This document shows positions 36,784 to 46,572 of a stretch of DNA of 64,000 nucleotides, piece after piece. The stretch spans positions 1,152,001 to 1,216,000 of the forward strand of contig CBDFGR010000002.1 of assembly GCA_965247115.1 (NCBI GenBank). The letters are read 5' to 3'. This DNA comes from Myxococcota bacterium (GTDB lineage: Bacteria; Myxococcota_A; UBA9160; SZUA-336). Each line of letters starts with the position of its first letter. Position 1 is the first letter of the stretch. Position numbers and translations under genes: made by a program. Under the pieces are notes generated by a model, which was not told where the DNA came from, did no database searches, and saw only the letters and a program-made list of their open reading frames with translations.

Positions 36784-38337
36784 TTGCAGTGGATCGGCCG
36801 GGGACGCTCCGCCAACGTCTACGTCGGAGACGAAGACGGGCGGCGCGTAGCGCACAAGATCTTCACGCCCGACTCGCTCAGCCGCCTGGTCTTCTACGCG
36901 CTCGACGGCGCTCCGAATCCGTACGGCTGGAACGAGCACGCCATCGCCGCCGCCCTCGCGAGACGCCAGATCCTGACGCACCTGGTCGAGTTCTGGTTCA
37001 ACGGAAGGCTCGCGCTGCCGGCTACCTATGGGTCGGCCTGGAACGAGCAGGCGCAGGCTTACGAGCTCCGCTGCGAGTTCATCCAGGGTCGGCACCTCCC
37101 GCTACGCGGTCCCGGGCGCTCAGCTGATCGGCTCGAGGATCTGGTGACCGGCATCATGGCTCCCCTGCAGCGCCACCTGGAGCAGGCGGGCTTCGACGGC
37201 ATGGTCTGGCAAGCGGGACGCGGAAATCCCGTCGCGGCCAGCAACTTCATGCTGCGTGACGGAGACGGCCCGCCGCGCTGGGTGTGGATCGATCTCGAGT
37301 CGGGCGTGCCGGCGCTCTTCTCGTGCAGTCTGCGCGCGCAGCTCCGCTTCTACCTGCCGCGCTGCTGGCAGTATGGGCGCGCCCTGTTCGACGACACGAA
37401 CATGCACCAGCTCCGCAGCTACCTCGACGAGCGGGCAGAGGAGCTCGAGAAGGAGCTCGGGCGCAAGCCTCTCGAGGAGCTGTCCGCTGCCGTCGACGAG
37501 CTGGAGCACCGGCAGCTCCGCTGGAAGTCGCTCGCACGTCACGAGCGCGGCATCGCGGCGCACCGCGCGCAGGGACGCATCACGGAGTCCGAGGCGCGCT
37601 GGTACATCGAGCACCGCGCGCGCTGGACGCTGCACCTGCTCGTAGCTGCAGGCGCGGCGACGATCGCTCACCTGCGCGAGACGTTCCGACGCGCCTGGCA
37701 GCGACTGCGACACCTCGATCCACGCCGCGCTCTCGCGCGCGGCTGGAGTTTCATGACCTCTCAGTCGTATCGCACAGAGCTCTCACGCAGCTATGTCTCC
37801 CGTCGGCTCGATGCCTGGGAGGCACGCGGGTTTCTCGAGCCAGCGCTGGTCGAGCAGCTTCACGCGGAGCTCGGACGCGACGCATCGAGCGCGTACATAG
37901 GCGACTTTGGCGTACACCTCATGCTCAAGCCGTTCGTAAAGCTGCTTCAGTGGTGGGTCGTCCCGGCTCTCTTCCTTCTCGGAACGCTCGACGAGTGGGT
38001 CGTGGCGCTCGTGCTCGTGAGCGGAGGAGCCGTGGCTCGCACGGCCTACACGCTGGAGCGCCTGGTCCAGTCGGTACTCAGCGGCCAGCCACTGCCCTTG
38101 ATCGCGCTCGGAGTAGGCACGCTCCCGGTGGCCGGAAACACGGCCTTCCCCGCCGAGCTCATCGCCTGCAGCACGGGCGACACCCGCATCCTCGCGCGCT
38201 TCATCGTCTACGACTCCCTCGCCGCCATCGGCCGCGCCCTTCCGATCTGGGGCGGCCCGGACACGCTCACCGAGCACCGCATGAATCGCCTCCCCGACGT
38301 CGTTGCGAACGCATTGCGCCGCGCGCTACGCCGCTGA
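36784..38337 (+). CDS. Uncharacterised protein with kinase-like N-terminus and C-terminal TM segments
   Basis: IGRGRSANVY (Gly loop), VAHKIF (VAxK), SNFML, WIDLESG; no canonical HRD. Confidence 0.6.
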   Translation: MQWIGRGRSANVYVGDEDGRRVAHKIFTPDSLSRLVFYALDGAPNPYGWNEHAIAAALARRQILTHLVEFWFNGRLALPATYGSAWNEQAQAYELRCEFIQGRHLPLRGPGRSADRLEDLVTGIMAPLQRHLEQAGFDGMVWQAGRGNPVAASNFMLRDGDGPPRWVWIDLESGVPALFSCSLRAQLRFYLPRCWQYGRALFDDTNMHQLRSYLDERAEELEKELGRKPLEELSAAVDELEHRQLRWKSLARHERGIAAHRAQGRITESEARWYIEHRARWTLHLLVAAGAATIAHLRETFRRAWQRLRHLDPRRALARGWSFMTSQSYRTELSRSYVSRRLDAWEARGFLEPALVEQLHAELGRDASSAYIGDFGVHLMLKPFVKLLQWWVVPALFLLGTLDEWVVALVLVSGGAVARTAYTLERLVQSVLSGQPLPLIALGVGTLPVAGNTAFPAELIACSTGDTRILARFIVYDSLAAIGRALPIWGGPDTLTEHRMNRLPDVVANALRRALRR

Positions 38338-38405
38338 GCCAGTAGAGCCCGGCATCCCGATTCGGATACGATCCCTTGGAGCACGTCTGCTTCGGGGAGA
38401 CAGAG

Positions 38406-39245
38406 ATGGCAATGGAGACGGGGCGCGATCTGAAGCAGGAGGGCGACGTCGTCCTGATCGACGTTCACGAGGACGGCAGGATCTGGGTGATCACCATGAA
38501 CCGGCCCCACCGCATGAATGCACTCGGGAACGGCATGGCGTTCGCGCTGACCGACGCCTTCGAGACCTATCGCGATGATAAGCAGGCGCGAGTGGCGATC
38601 CTGACGGGTGCCGGAGACCGCGCCTTCTGCGCCGGCGCAGATCTGATCGAGACCGCGGAGATCCGTCAGGCCCAGGCCTCCGGAAAAGCACCCCCAACCC
38701 GGGGCATGGGTCGCCTCGGCATCGTCAACATGTCCGAGACGCTCGGCCTGTGGAAGCCTACCATCGCCGCGATCAACGGCTTTGCGGTCGCGGGCGGCTT
38801 CATGCTCGCCATGCAGTGCGACATACGCTTGATGGCGGAGCACGCGCGCGTCGGGATCGCGGAGACGCGCTGGAACATGCCCGGCGCCGCGTGGATGGCA
38901 CCGCTTTGCCGGCAGATGCCGCTCGGCTGCGCCCTGGAGCTGACACTCTGGGGAGACACCCAGTACGATGCGCAACGCTGTCACCAGATCGGCTGGGCAC
39001 AGGCCGTTGCTCCGAAGGATGAACTCATGAGCCTAGCCCTGCAGTTCGCCAACCGAATGTTGGACATGGGTCCACGTGCCGTGAGCAACAACAAGGAACT
39101 GGTCTATCGCGGCGCTACGATGGACCCCACGACCTCGATGCGCTTCGGCTCCGCACTCGAGCAGAACCTGCGCGGTATGAAGGACAGCATCGAGGGTCCG
39201 CTCGCGTTCTCCGAGAAGAGACGCCCCAACTTCCTCGACGAGTAG
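38406..39245 (+). CDS. Enoyl-CoA hydratase/isomerase
   Basis: MNRPHRMNAL, AFCAGADL, KPTIAAINGFAVAGG, AFSEKRRPNF. Confidence 0.9.
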   Translation: MAMETGRDLKQEGDVVLIDVHEDGRIWVITMNRPHRMNALGNGMAFALTDAFETYRDDKQARVAILTGAGDRAFCAGADLIETAEIRQAQASGKAPPTRGMGRLGIVNMSETLGLWKPTIAAINGFAVAGGFMLAMQCDIRLMAEHARVGIAETRWNMPGAAWMAPLCRQMPLGCALELTLWGDTQYDAQRCHQIGWAQAVAPKDELMSLALQFANRMLDMGPRAVSNNKELVYRGATMDPTTSMRFGSALEQNLRGMKDSIEGPLAFSEKRRPNFLDE

Positions 39246-39287
39246 GCCGAGCTGGTGCGCTGCATAGAGGTGCCGGAGGACTGACGC

Positions 39288-40454
39288 ATGGCGGAGTCTC
39301 GACGAATCGCGGTCGTGGGCGCGGGAGCCTTCGGGGGCTGGGCCGCGCTCTGGCTGCGCCGTGCTGGTGCCCGAGTCACCCTGCTCGACGCGTGGGGACC
39401 GGGAAACTCCCGCGCCAGCTCGGGTGGGGAGACCCGCGCCATCCGCGCCATCTACGGGGGCGGTCGCCTCTACACGACCTGGGTGGCACGCGCGCTCGAG
39501 CTCTGGCGAGAAGCGGACGCGAGCTGGGGGACACGCCTCTATCGCAGGGTGGGGGCGCTCTGGCTGTGCGGCGACGACGACAGCTACGTGCGCGCTGCGT
39601 TGCCTCAGCTCGCGGAGCTCGGTCTCGCGGTCGAGACGCTCGATCCGGCCGAGGCGCGAGTGCGCTATCCGCAGATCTCGTTCGAGGGAATAAAGAGTGT
39701 TCACGTCGAGGAGGAGGCCGGCACGCTCTTCGCCCGACAGGCTTGCCAGGCAGTGGCGCGCAGGTTCTCAGAGGAAGGCGGCGACTGCAGGACGCTCGAG
39801 GCGCGGCCGGGCAAGATCCACAGCGGCTCCTTACAGTCCGTCGAGCTCTCCGATGGCTCACGGCTCGAGGCGGACGCGTTCGTGTTCGCCTGCGGCCCGT
39901 GGCTGCCCGAGCTCTTCCCGCAGATCCTCGGGAACTCGTTGCGGATCTCGCGGCAGGAGGTGCACTACTTTGGCACACCCCCCGGAACGACCTTCTCCGA
40001 GGCGGAGCTCCCGATCTGGATCGACATGGAGCTCGGCTACTACGGGCTGCCCGCGAGCGAACATCGCGGCTTCAAGGTTGCCGATGACCAGCGTGGTCCC
40101 CCCTTCGATCCTACGAGTGGCGATCGTCACCCCACCAGCGAGGGGATCGAGGCGGCCCGCGCGTTCGTCGCGCGGCGCTTCCCCGGTCTGCGAGATGCGC
40201 CGCTGCTAGAGGCCCGTGTCTGCCAGTACACAAACACCGCGGACAGCCATCTGGTGGTGGATACGCACCCGGAGGCGGAGAACCTGTGGCTCGTCGGCGG
40301 TGGCTCGGGACACGGCTTCAAGCTCGGACCTGTTCTGGGCGAGCTCGTGGCGCAGCACGTCCTCGAGGGGAGCCGCCCGGATCCCCAGCTCTCGATCGAA
40401 CGCCTTGCGGGGCTCGGCGCGCCCAGCGAAAGCGTCTTCGAGCCGCTCTCCTGA
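39288..40454 (+). CDS. FAD-dependent oxidoreductase (monomeric sarcosine oxidase-like)
   Basis: GAGAFG, SSGGETRAIR, ACGPW, CQYTNT.D, GGGSGHGFKLGP. Confidence 0.9.
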   Translation: MAESRRIAVVGAGAFGGWAALWLRRAGARVTLLDAWGPGNSRASSGGETRAIRAIYGGGRLYTTWVARALELWREADASWGTRLYRRVGALWLCGDDDSYVRAALPQLAELGLAVETLDPAEARVRYPQISFEGIKSVHVEEEAGTLFARQACQAVARRFSEEGGDCRTLEARPGKIHSGSLQSVELSDGSRLEADAFVFACGPWLPELFPQILGNSLRISRQEVHYFGTPPGTTFSEAELPIWIDMELGYYGLPASEHRGFKVADDQRGPPFDPTSGDRHPTSEGIEAARAFVARRFPGLRDAPLLEARVCQYTNTADSHLVVDTHPEAENLWLVGGGSGHGFKLGPVLGELVAQHVLEGSRPDPQLSIERLAGLGAPSESVFEPLS

Positions 40455-41521
40455 TTTCTGGCAGACACGCGCAAGCCCTGATCACGGCGCTGCTCTGGTC
40501 GGCACTCCCCAGCTGCGGCGCCGAACCCCCAGCATCGCGGATCGCCATCGGGAGCTGCGCCGAGCAGCTGAGACCTCAGCCGATCTGGGAGGCGATCGCA
40601 GCCAGCGACCCCGACCTCTTCATCTTCAACGGAGACGTCGTCTATGGCGACTTCGCGCCCGGTCCGCAGGGACGACCTGTGTTCGTGCGAGGCGACCCCG
40701 CACACCTTGCGGCGGCGTACGCGGCACTCGACCGCGTGGCTGCCTTTCGCGACTTCCGAGCGAGGTTTCTCGTCCTGCCGATCTGGGATGATCACGACCT
40801 GGGAGAGAACGACGCGGGCGGAGACTACCCCCACAAAGAGGACTCCGAACGTCAGTTCCTGGAGTTCTGGAACATCTCCGATGACGATCCCCGCGCCCGC
40901 CGCCCCGGGCTGTACCGATCCTGGCTCTTCGGTCCCCCTGGCAGGCGGCTGCAGGTCGTCATGCTCGATACGCGCTACTTCCGGAGCCCCCTCTTGCGGA
41001 ACCCGGACACGAGCGAGGGGGCGCGGCGATACCTCCCGGACAGGGATCCGAGCAAGACCATGCTCGGAGAAGCGCAATGGTCCTGGCTCCGCGAGGAGCT
41101 CAGCCGGCCAGCCGACGTGCGTCTGGTCGTCTCGTCCGTGCAGGTGATCGCTGCCGGGCAGGCCAAGGAGCGCTGGGGGAACTTCCCACTCGAGCGCGAA
41201 CGGCTCTACGAGCTCATCGGGGAGACGCGTACGAGCGGGGTGATCCTCGTGAGCGGAGACCGGCACCGGGCCGCCCTCTACCTCAAGCGCTCCGATGTGC
41301 CCTATCCCCTCTACGAGCTGACCTCGAGCTCGCTCAACCGTTCATTCGCCGATCCGACCGAGCGGGGTCCCTATCAGCTCGGCGAGACCTTTGGCAGGGA
41401 CAACTTCGGAACGATCGATCTCGACTGGACCGACCGATTCGCAACGCTGAACGTCCACGACCTGCACGGTGGGGTGGTCCGCAGCCTGCGGGTGGATCTC
41501 GACGCGCTCAGCAGCAAGTGA
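40451..41521 (+). CDS. phoD: Alkaline phosphatase D family lipoprotein (start uncertain)
   Basis: IAIGSC, GDVVYGD, WDDHD, LDTRYFR, MLGEAQWSWL, SGDRH, TSSSLN. Confidence 0.85.
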   Translation: MISGRHAQALITALLWSALPSCGAEPPASRIAIGSCAEQLRPQPIWEAIAASDPDLFIFNGDVVYGDFAPGPQGRPVFVRGDPAHLAAAYAALDRVAAFRDFRARFLVLPIWDDHDLGENDAGGDYPHKEDSERQFLEFWNISDDDPRARRPGLYRSWLFGPPGRRLQVVMLDTRYFRSPLLRNPDTSEGARRYLPDRDPSKTMLGEAQWSWLREELSRPADVRLVVSSVQVIAAGQAKERWGNFPLERERLYELIGETRTSGVILVSGDRHRAALYLKRSDVPYPLYELTSSSLNRSFADPTERGPYQLGETFGRDNFGTIDLDWTDRFATLNVHDLHGGVVRSLRVDLDALSSK

Positions 41522-41560
41522 TCCGGAGGAAGAGCGGATTCGCGCCTACTTGCGAGAGCC

Positions 41561-41824
41561 TCAGAGCGCCTCACAGCGTACCGTCGTCGGCGGCGTGACT
41601 CCGCATTGCAGGGCGTCGGTAACGCCACTCCCGAGCGCCGCGCAGGCGGAGGTGTTCGCGCTCGCGATCGCCGTGTCCTCGCTGTCTCCCCGTCCGACCC
41701 GGCACTCGGTGCGACCCTTGAAGGTGAAACACGCGTCGCACTCTACCCGCACCTCCTGGCTCAACCCATACCAGAGCAGCCCCGCAAAGAGCGCAAGCCC
41801 CACGATCGTGGCTGCAGCGCGCAT
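41561..41824 (-). CDS. Small membrane-anchored Cys-rich protein
   Basis: N-terminal TM; six Cys (ECDAC, EC, AC, QC, RC). Confidence 0.65.
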   Translation of the reverse strand: MRAAATIVGLALFAGLLWYGLSQEVRVECDACFTFKGRTECRVGRGDSEDTAIASANTSACAALGSGVTDALQCGVTPPTTVRCEAL

Positions 41825-41833
41825 TGAGCCGGG

Positions 41834-42277
41834 CTATCGCTGCGGGTCCGCCGCGCCATTGCTTGACGCACACGCCCGGCTCTCGTCCGCGATGTAGGAA
41901 AAGGGGAGGAAGGCTGTACCGGTGGCAAAGCCCACGACGTCTGCGGCCAGCCAGCCGACGTCGGTCAGGACGCCCATCATGGGCCACGCTCCGCCTTGCT
42001 CGTCCGCCCAGCCCATCCCGTAAGCAGCGAGATCAAGCGGAACGACGACGATGTACCCAACCGCGAGAACCGGGGCCGCGACCACGGCAGCCAGCCCGGC
42101 GCCTGCGGTCGTGGGCACGCAGACAATCGCGTTGCGCCCATACGGGCCCTCGTCGTACGCGACTCTCGCGAGCTGGCGAGCGGGCATAGAGTAGCCCCAC
42201 GTTCCAGGCTCCGGAGGCGCCTGGGCACAGGCCGGAGCGAGAAGAGCAACAACGAAGAGCAGCGAGAATCGGCGCAC
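41834..42277 (-). CDS. Hypothetical lipoprotein
   Basis: MRRFSLLFVVALLAPAC lipobox; TATAAT upstream on minus strand (42305-42310). Confidence 0.55.
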   Translation of the reverse strand: MRRFSLLFVVALLAPACAQAPPEPGTWGYSMPARQLARVAYDEGPYGRNAIVCVPTTAGAGLAAVVAAPVLAVGYIVVVPLDLAAYGMGWADEQGGAWPMMGVLTDVGWLAADVVGFATGTAFLPFSYIADESRACASSNGAADPQR

Positions 42278-42328
42278 TAGGATCTCTACTTCAGTTCCCG
42301 CCGATTATACGTACTCGTCTGGCCCGAG

Positions 42329-42874
42329 CTACCAGCGCACCACGTGGAGCATGAAGTAGACCGACACTCCCGAGACGGAGACGTACATCCACCCGGCCCA
42401 CGTCCACCTGGAGAGGCGCCGGTGGGTGGCGAGCCGATTGCTGAGCGCGAGGTAGAGCGACGTCAGGATCATTGGGAACGTAACGACGGAGAGAGTAATG
42501 TGGCTGATGAGTACGGAGAAGTAGATCGGGCGCACGCTGCCCTGGCCCGCGAAGTGCGTATCGCCGTGAGAGAAGTGGTAGTAGGCGTAGTTCGCGAGAA
42601 ACAGCGCTGACGAGGCAAAGGCGGCGAGCATGAACCGCATGTGCAGCGTTCGCTTGCGCCTCCGGATCGCCCAGAGACCGCAGGAGATCAGCGCCGCGCT
42701 CGTGCCGTTCAGGAGCGCGTTGATGAGCGGCAGCGATGCGCCCCGTGACGCGGTCCCGTCCCCCTCGTGGAAGTAGACCAGCCAGACGAGAAAGCTCATT
42801 GCCGCCAGCGTTACCGCAGCGTTGCCCGCACCGAACTGCCTGGGCGTCAGCTGGATGGATGGCGGTGACGACAT
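42329..42874 (-). CDS. DUF420 membrane protein (CtaM-like)
   Basis: LP.INA.LN, H...M..AF..SALFL..Y..YH, YF..LISHI.LS, HRRL.RWT...W.YVS.SG. Confidence 0.85.
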   Translation of the reverse strand: MSSPPSIQLTPRQFGAGNAAVTLAAMSFLVWLVYFHEGDGTASRGASLPLINALLNGTSAALISCGLWAIRRRKRTLHMRFMLAAFASSALFLANYAYYHFSHGDTHFAGQGSVRPIYFSVLISHITLSVVTFPMILTSLYLALSNRLATHRRLSRWTWAGWMYVSVSGVSVYFMLHVVRW

Positions 42875-42890
42875 CTGGCTCGGCTGCAGC

Positions 42891-43496
42891 TCAGGCGGTC
42901 GGGAAGCCGGCTACCAGCGCGCGCAGCTGCTCGTGAGCCCCTTCGAGAATTGGCACGCCATCGCCGACGAGGACCGTGTCGAAATCGAGCTCGAGCAGCT
43001 GGCGGACGCTCCCCCGCAGAAGCGGTGGATCGTCCATGACGCGCTCTCGGAGCAGCGAGAGCTCCCCTGGCGGGTTTCCGATCACGGCATCGCCCACGAC
43101 GAGCAGGCGCCGCGCCGGGTCGTGCAAGGCAATCTCCCCCGGGGACTTGCCCGGAACAGCGACAATCTCGAACGGCCCCACGCGCTGTCCGGCTTCCAGC
43201 TCGTCGTCGATCTGCAAGTCCTGATCTCGTGCGTGCGCGGCGTCTGCCGGATGGATCGCGACCCGAGCTCCCGTGCGCTCCCGCACGAGGTTCGCCGCGC
43301 GCGCGTGGTTGCGATTCGTGATCAGGATCCTCGTCACTCCCTGTTTCGCTAGCTCCTCGAGTTCGTCAGCAACGGGCTCGACCGGATCGATGCAGAGGTT
43401 GCCCGCCTCGTGCACGACCAGAGTGCCGTGGAAGTCGTAGCCATGGGGCTCGGAGAACCAATCCCACGTCCAGATCCCAGGGCACACTTCACGCAC
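42891..43496 (-). CDS. MBL-fold metallo-hydrolase (degenerate metal motif)
   Basis: IDP, ITNRNHAR, PGKSPGE, GDA, LVGDG. Confidence 0.75.
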   Translation of the reverse strand: MREVCPGIWTWDWFSEPHGYDFHGTLVVHEAGNLCIDPVEPVADELEELAKQGVTRILITNRNHARAANLVRERTGARVAIHPADAAHARDQDLQIDDELEAGQRVGPFEIVAVPGKSPGEIALHDPARRLLVVGDAVIGNPPGELSLLRERVMDDPPLLRGSVRQLLELDFDTVLVGDGVPILEGAHEQLRALVAGFPTA

Positions 43497-43548
43497 GCGT
43501 CGAGTCTACCACCTCCCCGTCCGGTCCCTCATCGGATATCGTGATGTC

Positions 43549-44382
43549 TTGACGCGCACGCCCCTCGCCCTACCTCCCAGATCCAGCATCCAATCGGATG
43601 AGGACACCGTACAACTCGTTCACGCGGAGCTCACGTCCGTGATCGCCGGCCATCCACGAGCCACGACGACCTATCGCTTCTACGAGGAGCTGGACGCCTG
43701 GCTCGGGCCCTGGGGTCGGCGCGGCTATCTGATCGGCTACGGCAAGGCCTACAACCTCGCGTTCCATGGTAACCCGCTCCTGAGGATGAGGTCCGTCACG
43801 CGGAAGTGGGTCTGGAGAACGACGATCCTGCTTCAGGAGGCGCTCCGAGACTACGTGGTCGAGCGGGTTCGGGCCCGAACGATCCGGTCCTTGACGGAGC
43901 CCGAGCTGCGAAGCGCCGCGTTCGAGAGTCACGCCAGAGCATACGATAGCGCGGGTCTCGCGAGGGTGGCCCTGGTCGCGCCGGAGCTGATCCCGATCAT
44001 TGCTTCGATCCCAGCGATCGAGTTCTCGCCGGCGTCGAAGGACTTCAGCCCCTCCGTTGTCCAGGTCTTTTCCACACTCGATCGTGTCGCCCCCAAAGTC
44101 CTCGCAAGCGGCCTCGCAATCCTGTCAAGCCCGACTCGGGCCGCTGCGCTGTGGCGTTCGGTGCTCGAGGACCCAGGAAAACTCTGGAACAGGCTCGTGA
44201 CGTGGCGCGAGCTAAGCGTGCTCCAGACGCACGTCTCGCGCGGCCGCCTCGATCACGTTCCCTGGCTCGACCAGGTAATCCGGCGGCTGAATGAGCGCGA
44301 GTTTCCCAACCAGCACTCCACGCGACTGGCCGGCGCCATCGTAAAGGCCGGGAGCGCCGTCGCCTTCTCACCAAGCGCCTGA
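43549..44382 (+). CDS. Hypothetical protein
   Basis: 277-aa ORF with coding-like codon usage; TATCGT 6 nt before TTG start. Confidence 0.6.
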   Translation: MTRTPLALPPRSSIQSDEDTVQLVHAELTSVIAGHPRATTTYRFYEELDAWLGPWGRRGYLIGYGKAYNLAFHGNPLLRMRSVTRKWVWRTTILLQEALRDYVVERVRARTIRSLTEPELRSAAFESHARAYDSAGLARVALVAPELIPIIASIPAIEFSPASKDFSPSVVQVFSTLDRVAPKVLASGLAILSSPTRAAALWRSVLEDPGKLWNRLVTWRELSVLQTHVSRGRLDHVPWLDQVIRRLNEREFPNQHSTRLAGAIVKAGSAVAFSPSA

Positions 44383-44507
44383 ACACCTGGCTCGCCGACT
44401 CGCCCGAAGTCCTGTCGCTCCTCGACAAAGATCATCCGAAATAGCAGTCAGGACGCTTCGCGATAAGCCGCACCAGAAACGGGCTGCGGGCTTCGCGCAC
44501 TGAAACC

Positions 44508-44864
44508 TCAGCGGCCGAGATGGCCACATGCGCGAAGCCACTCCCTCTGACTTCCGCCGTCCGGAGTGAGCATCCGCATCGTGGCCACACAGTTTTCGAT
44601 CGCCTCAGGGTCGATCTCACGGCTCTTGGACGCGGGAGGGGCGGGCTCACATGCCTTCGCGGCACGCCTGGCCTGCTCCTTCGCCTTGCGAAGCTCAGCC
44701 TGCATCCGCCTGAGTTGCGCCTCGGCATTGTTCGCTCGCTCGTGATTGCGGGCGGCAACTCTCTGCTGACGCGCGGCTTCGTCGGCGACACGATCCAGCT
44801 CCGCCCTGGATGCGCAGCCGGTTGCCACCAAGAGTCCAAGGGTCATCGCTGCGATAGGTCGCAT
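44508..44864 (-). CDS. Small coiled-coil lipoprotein
   Basis: GAGGAG RBS; LLVATGC lipobox; heptad-rich middle. Confidence 0.65.
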   Translation of the reverse strand: MRPIAAMTLGLLVATGCASRAELDRVADEAARQQRVAARNHERANNAEAQLRRMQAELRKAKEQARRAAKACEPAPPASKSREIDPEAIENCVATMRMLTPDGGSQREWLRACGHLGR

Positions 44865-45024
44865 CTGTGGAGTCTCCTCGTCCCCCTGGCTCTTTCAGCG
44901 CTTCTCTATCGGTGGACCTACCGATCGTCTGTAGTCCATCTCCCTGTGGCCGCGATGACGAGCGTAGCCAAGCTCAGCCACCGCCGACCCCGCTTGCTGT
45001 GTCGTTCAAGAACGCTTCAGTCGA

Positions 45025-45258
45025 GTGCCGATCCAAGCGGCGGCCCGCGGCGTTCCAAACGCGCAAGTCACGTTCAGGTGTCTGGGCGCGTGGCTGCTCT
45101 TCGGCGGCGTCGGCATTTGGCTATCCGGACAGATCGGAGCGCTCACCGAGCCGTTCGGAATCCGAGCGGTATACGTCGGCATCGCCGCGGGCACAGCTCT
45201 TGCCGCCGCCGCAACCTTGTCGTTCAGGGACCGGCTAATGGGCCTGCTAGCCGAATGA
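45025..45258 (+). pseudogene. Possible C-terminal remnant of an MFS transporter
   Basis: GALTEPFGIRAVYVGIAAG..LAAAATL resembles MFS TM11-12; no N-terminal part. Confidence 0.35.
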
Positions 45259-45329
45259 CGCCGGCACCAAGGAAATTCTATAATCCCGTGCCCCGGCTTA
45301 CCCAACTCGAACAATTTCGAGGGGATCCT

Positions 45330-46451
45330 ATGAACACCCAGACAAAGCTCCGCTCGCATCAGGTGACAGCAGATCCTTCGCAGACCTTTACATTGCCAAG
45401 CCAGGCCTATCTGGATCCCGAGATTTTCGAGCTGGAAAAGCGCCAGCTTTTTTACAAGACGTGGCACTACGCCGGATGGGTCGGCGACTTGAAGGAGCCG
45501 GGCGACTACATCACGGCCGATCTGATCGACCAGAATGTGATCCTCATCCGTGGCAGGGACGGCGAGCTAGAGGGATTCCACAATGTCTGCCAGCACCGCG
45601 GGCATCAGCTGCTCAAGGGCTGCGGCAAGGTCACGACAATCAGATGTCCCTACCACGCCTGGGTCTACCGCTTGGATGGCACCCTGCAAAACGCTCGCGG
45701 CACCAAGACGACTGTCGGGTTCGACGTCGGTGCCATCCGCCTGAAGCCGGTTCGTGTCGAAGTGATCGCCGACAAGTTTGTTTTCTTCAATCTGGACATG
45801 AATGCAGAGCCGTTCGGCGATCAGGTCACTGATCTCATTAAGGATTTCCGGAAGGAAATTCCAGAATTCGACCAGCTGGTCCGCGTGGACAAAACGGCAA
45901 CGACATCCGAGGTGAGCCCTCTAGAGGGCATGTATCCGGTCAAGGCAAACTGGAAGATCGTCATGGAGAACTTTCTGGAATGCCATCACTGCCGCGTGGC
46001 GCACCCGACTTTCGTAAAAGACCTGACGATGGATGACCTGACCTATGAAGGGCACCGCCTCTGGGCAAAACAAAAGAGCGGAACGCGACGCGAAAATAGC
46101 GGCGAGCAGATTTTCTGGACGATTTTCCCCAACCTGACGCTTTCGTTTTCCACCGGAGAAGAGCCGGCTCTCAGTATCGCGGTTTTCGCCGTGCCCGAGG
46201 GACACGATCGGACTCGGCTCGGCAATTACGAGAAATTCAGACTGTCCGGTGATGAGGACGGAGTGAGCTTCCAGCCTGATTGGGGACCGGTCGGGATCGA
46301 GGACAAGGACCTTTGCGAGTCGGTGCAAAAGGGCCTTGGCTCAATCGGCTATGAGCAGGGTCGTTACATCTATGACCCGAATCATGGTGAGATCACCGAG
46401 GAAGCGGCGCATGCGTTCGTCCGCTTTATCCTGGAGGCGCTGGGGAATTGA
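45330..46451 (+). CDS. Rieske non-heme iron oxygenase alpha subunit (CntA/choline monooxygenase-like)
   Basis: NVCQHRG...CPYHAW Rieske motif, NWKIVMENFLECHHC..AH, ED..LCESVQKGL; visibly more AT-rich than neighbours. Confidence 0.9.
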   Translation: MNTQTKLRSHQVTADPSQTFTLPSQAYLDPEIFELEKRQLFYKTWHYAGWVGDLKEPGDYITADLIDQNVILIRGRDGELEGFHNVCQHRGHQLLKGCGKVTTIRCPYHAWVYRLDGTLQNARGTKTTVGFDVGAIRLKPVRVEVIADKFVFFNLDMNAEPFGDQVTDLIKDFRKEIPEFDQLVRVDKTATTSEVSPLEGMYPVKANWKIVMENFLECHHCRVAHPTFVKDLTMDDLTYEGHRLWAKQKSGTRRENSGEQIFWTIFPNLTLSFSTGEEPALSIAVFAVPEGHDRTRLGNYEKFRLSGDEDGVSFQPDWGPVGIEDKDLCESVQKGLGSIGYEQGRYIYDPNHGEITEEAAHAFVRFILEALGN

Positions 46452-46572
46452 TCGCGGCGTAGGCTCGGACTTCGGACCTGTTGCCTCTCGAGCCCGCAAC
46501 ATTTCGTCCAAGTGGGCGTGCATACAGACGGATCAGGCCCGGCTCAAGACCCGCTCAGATTGCACCGATAAG

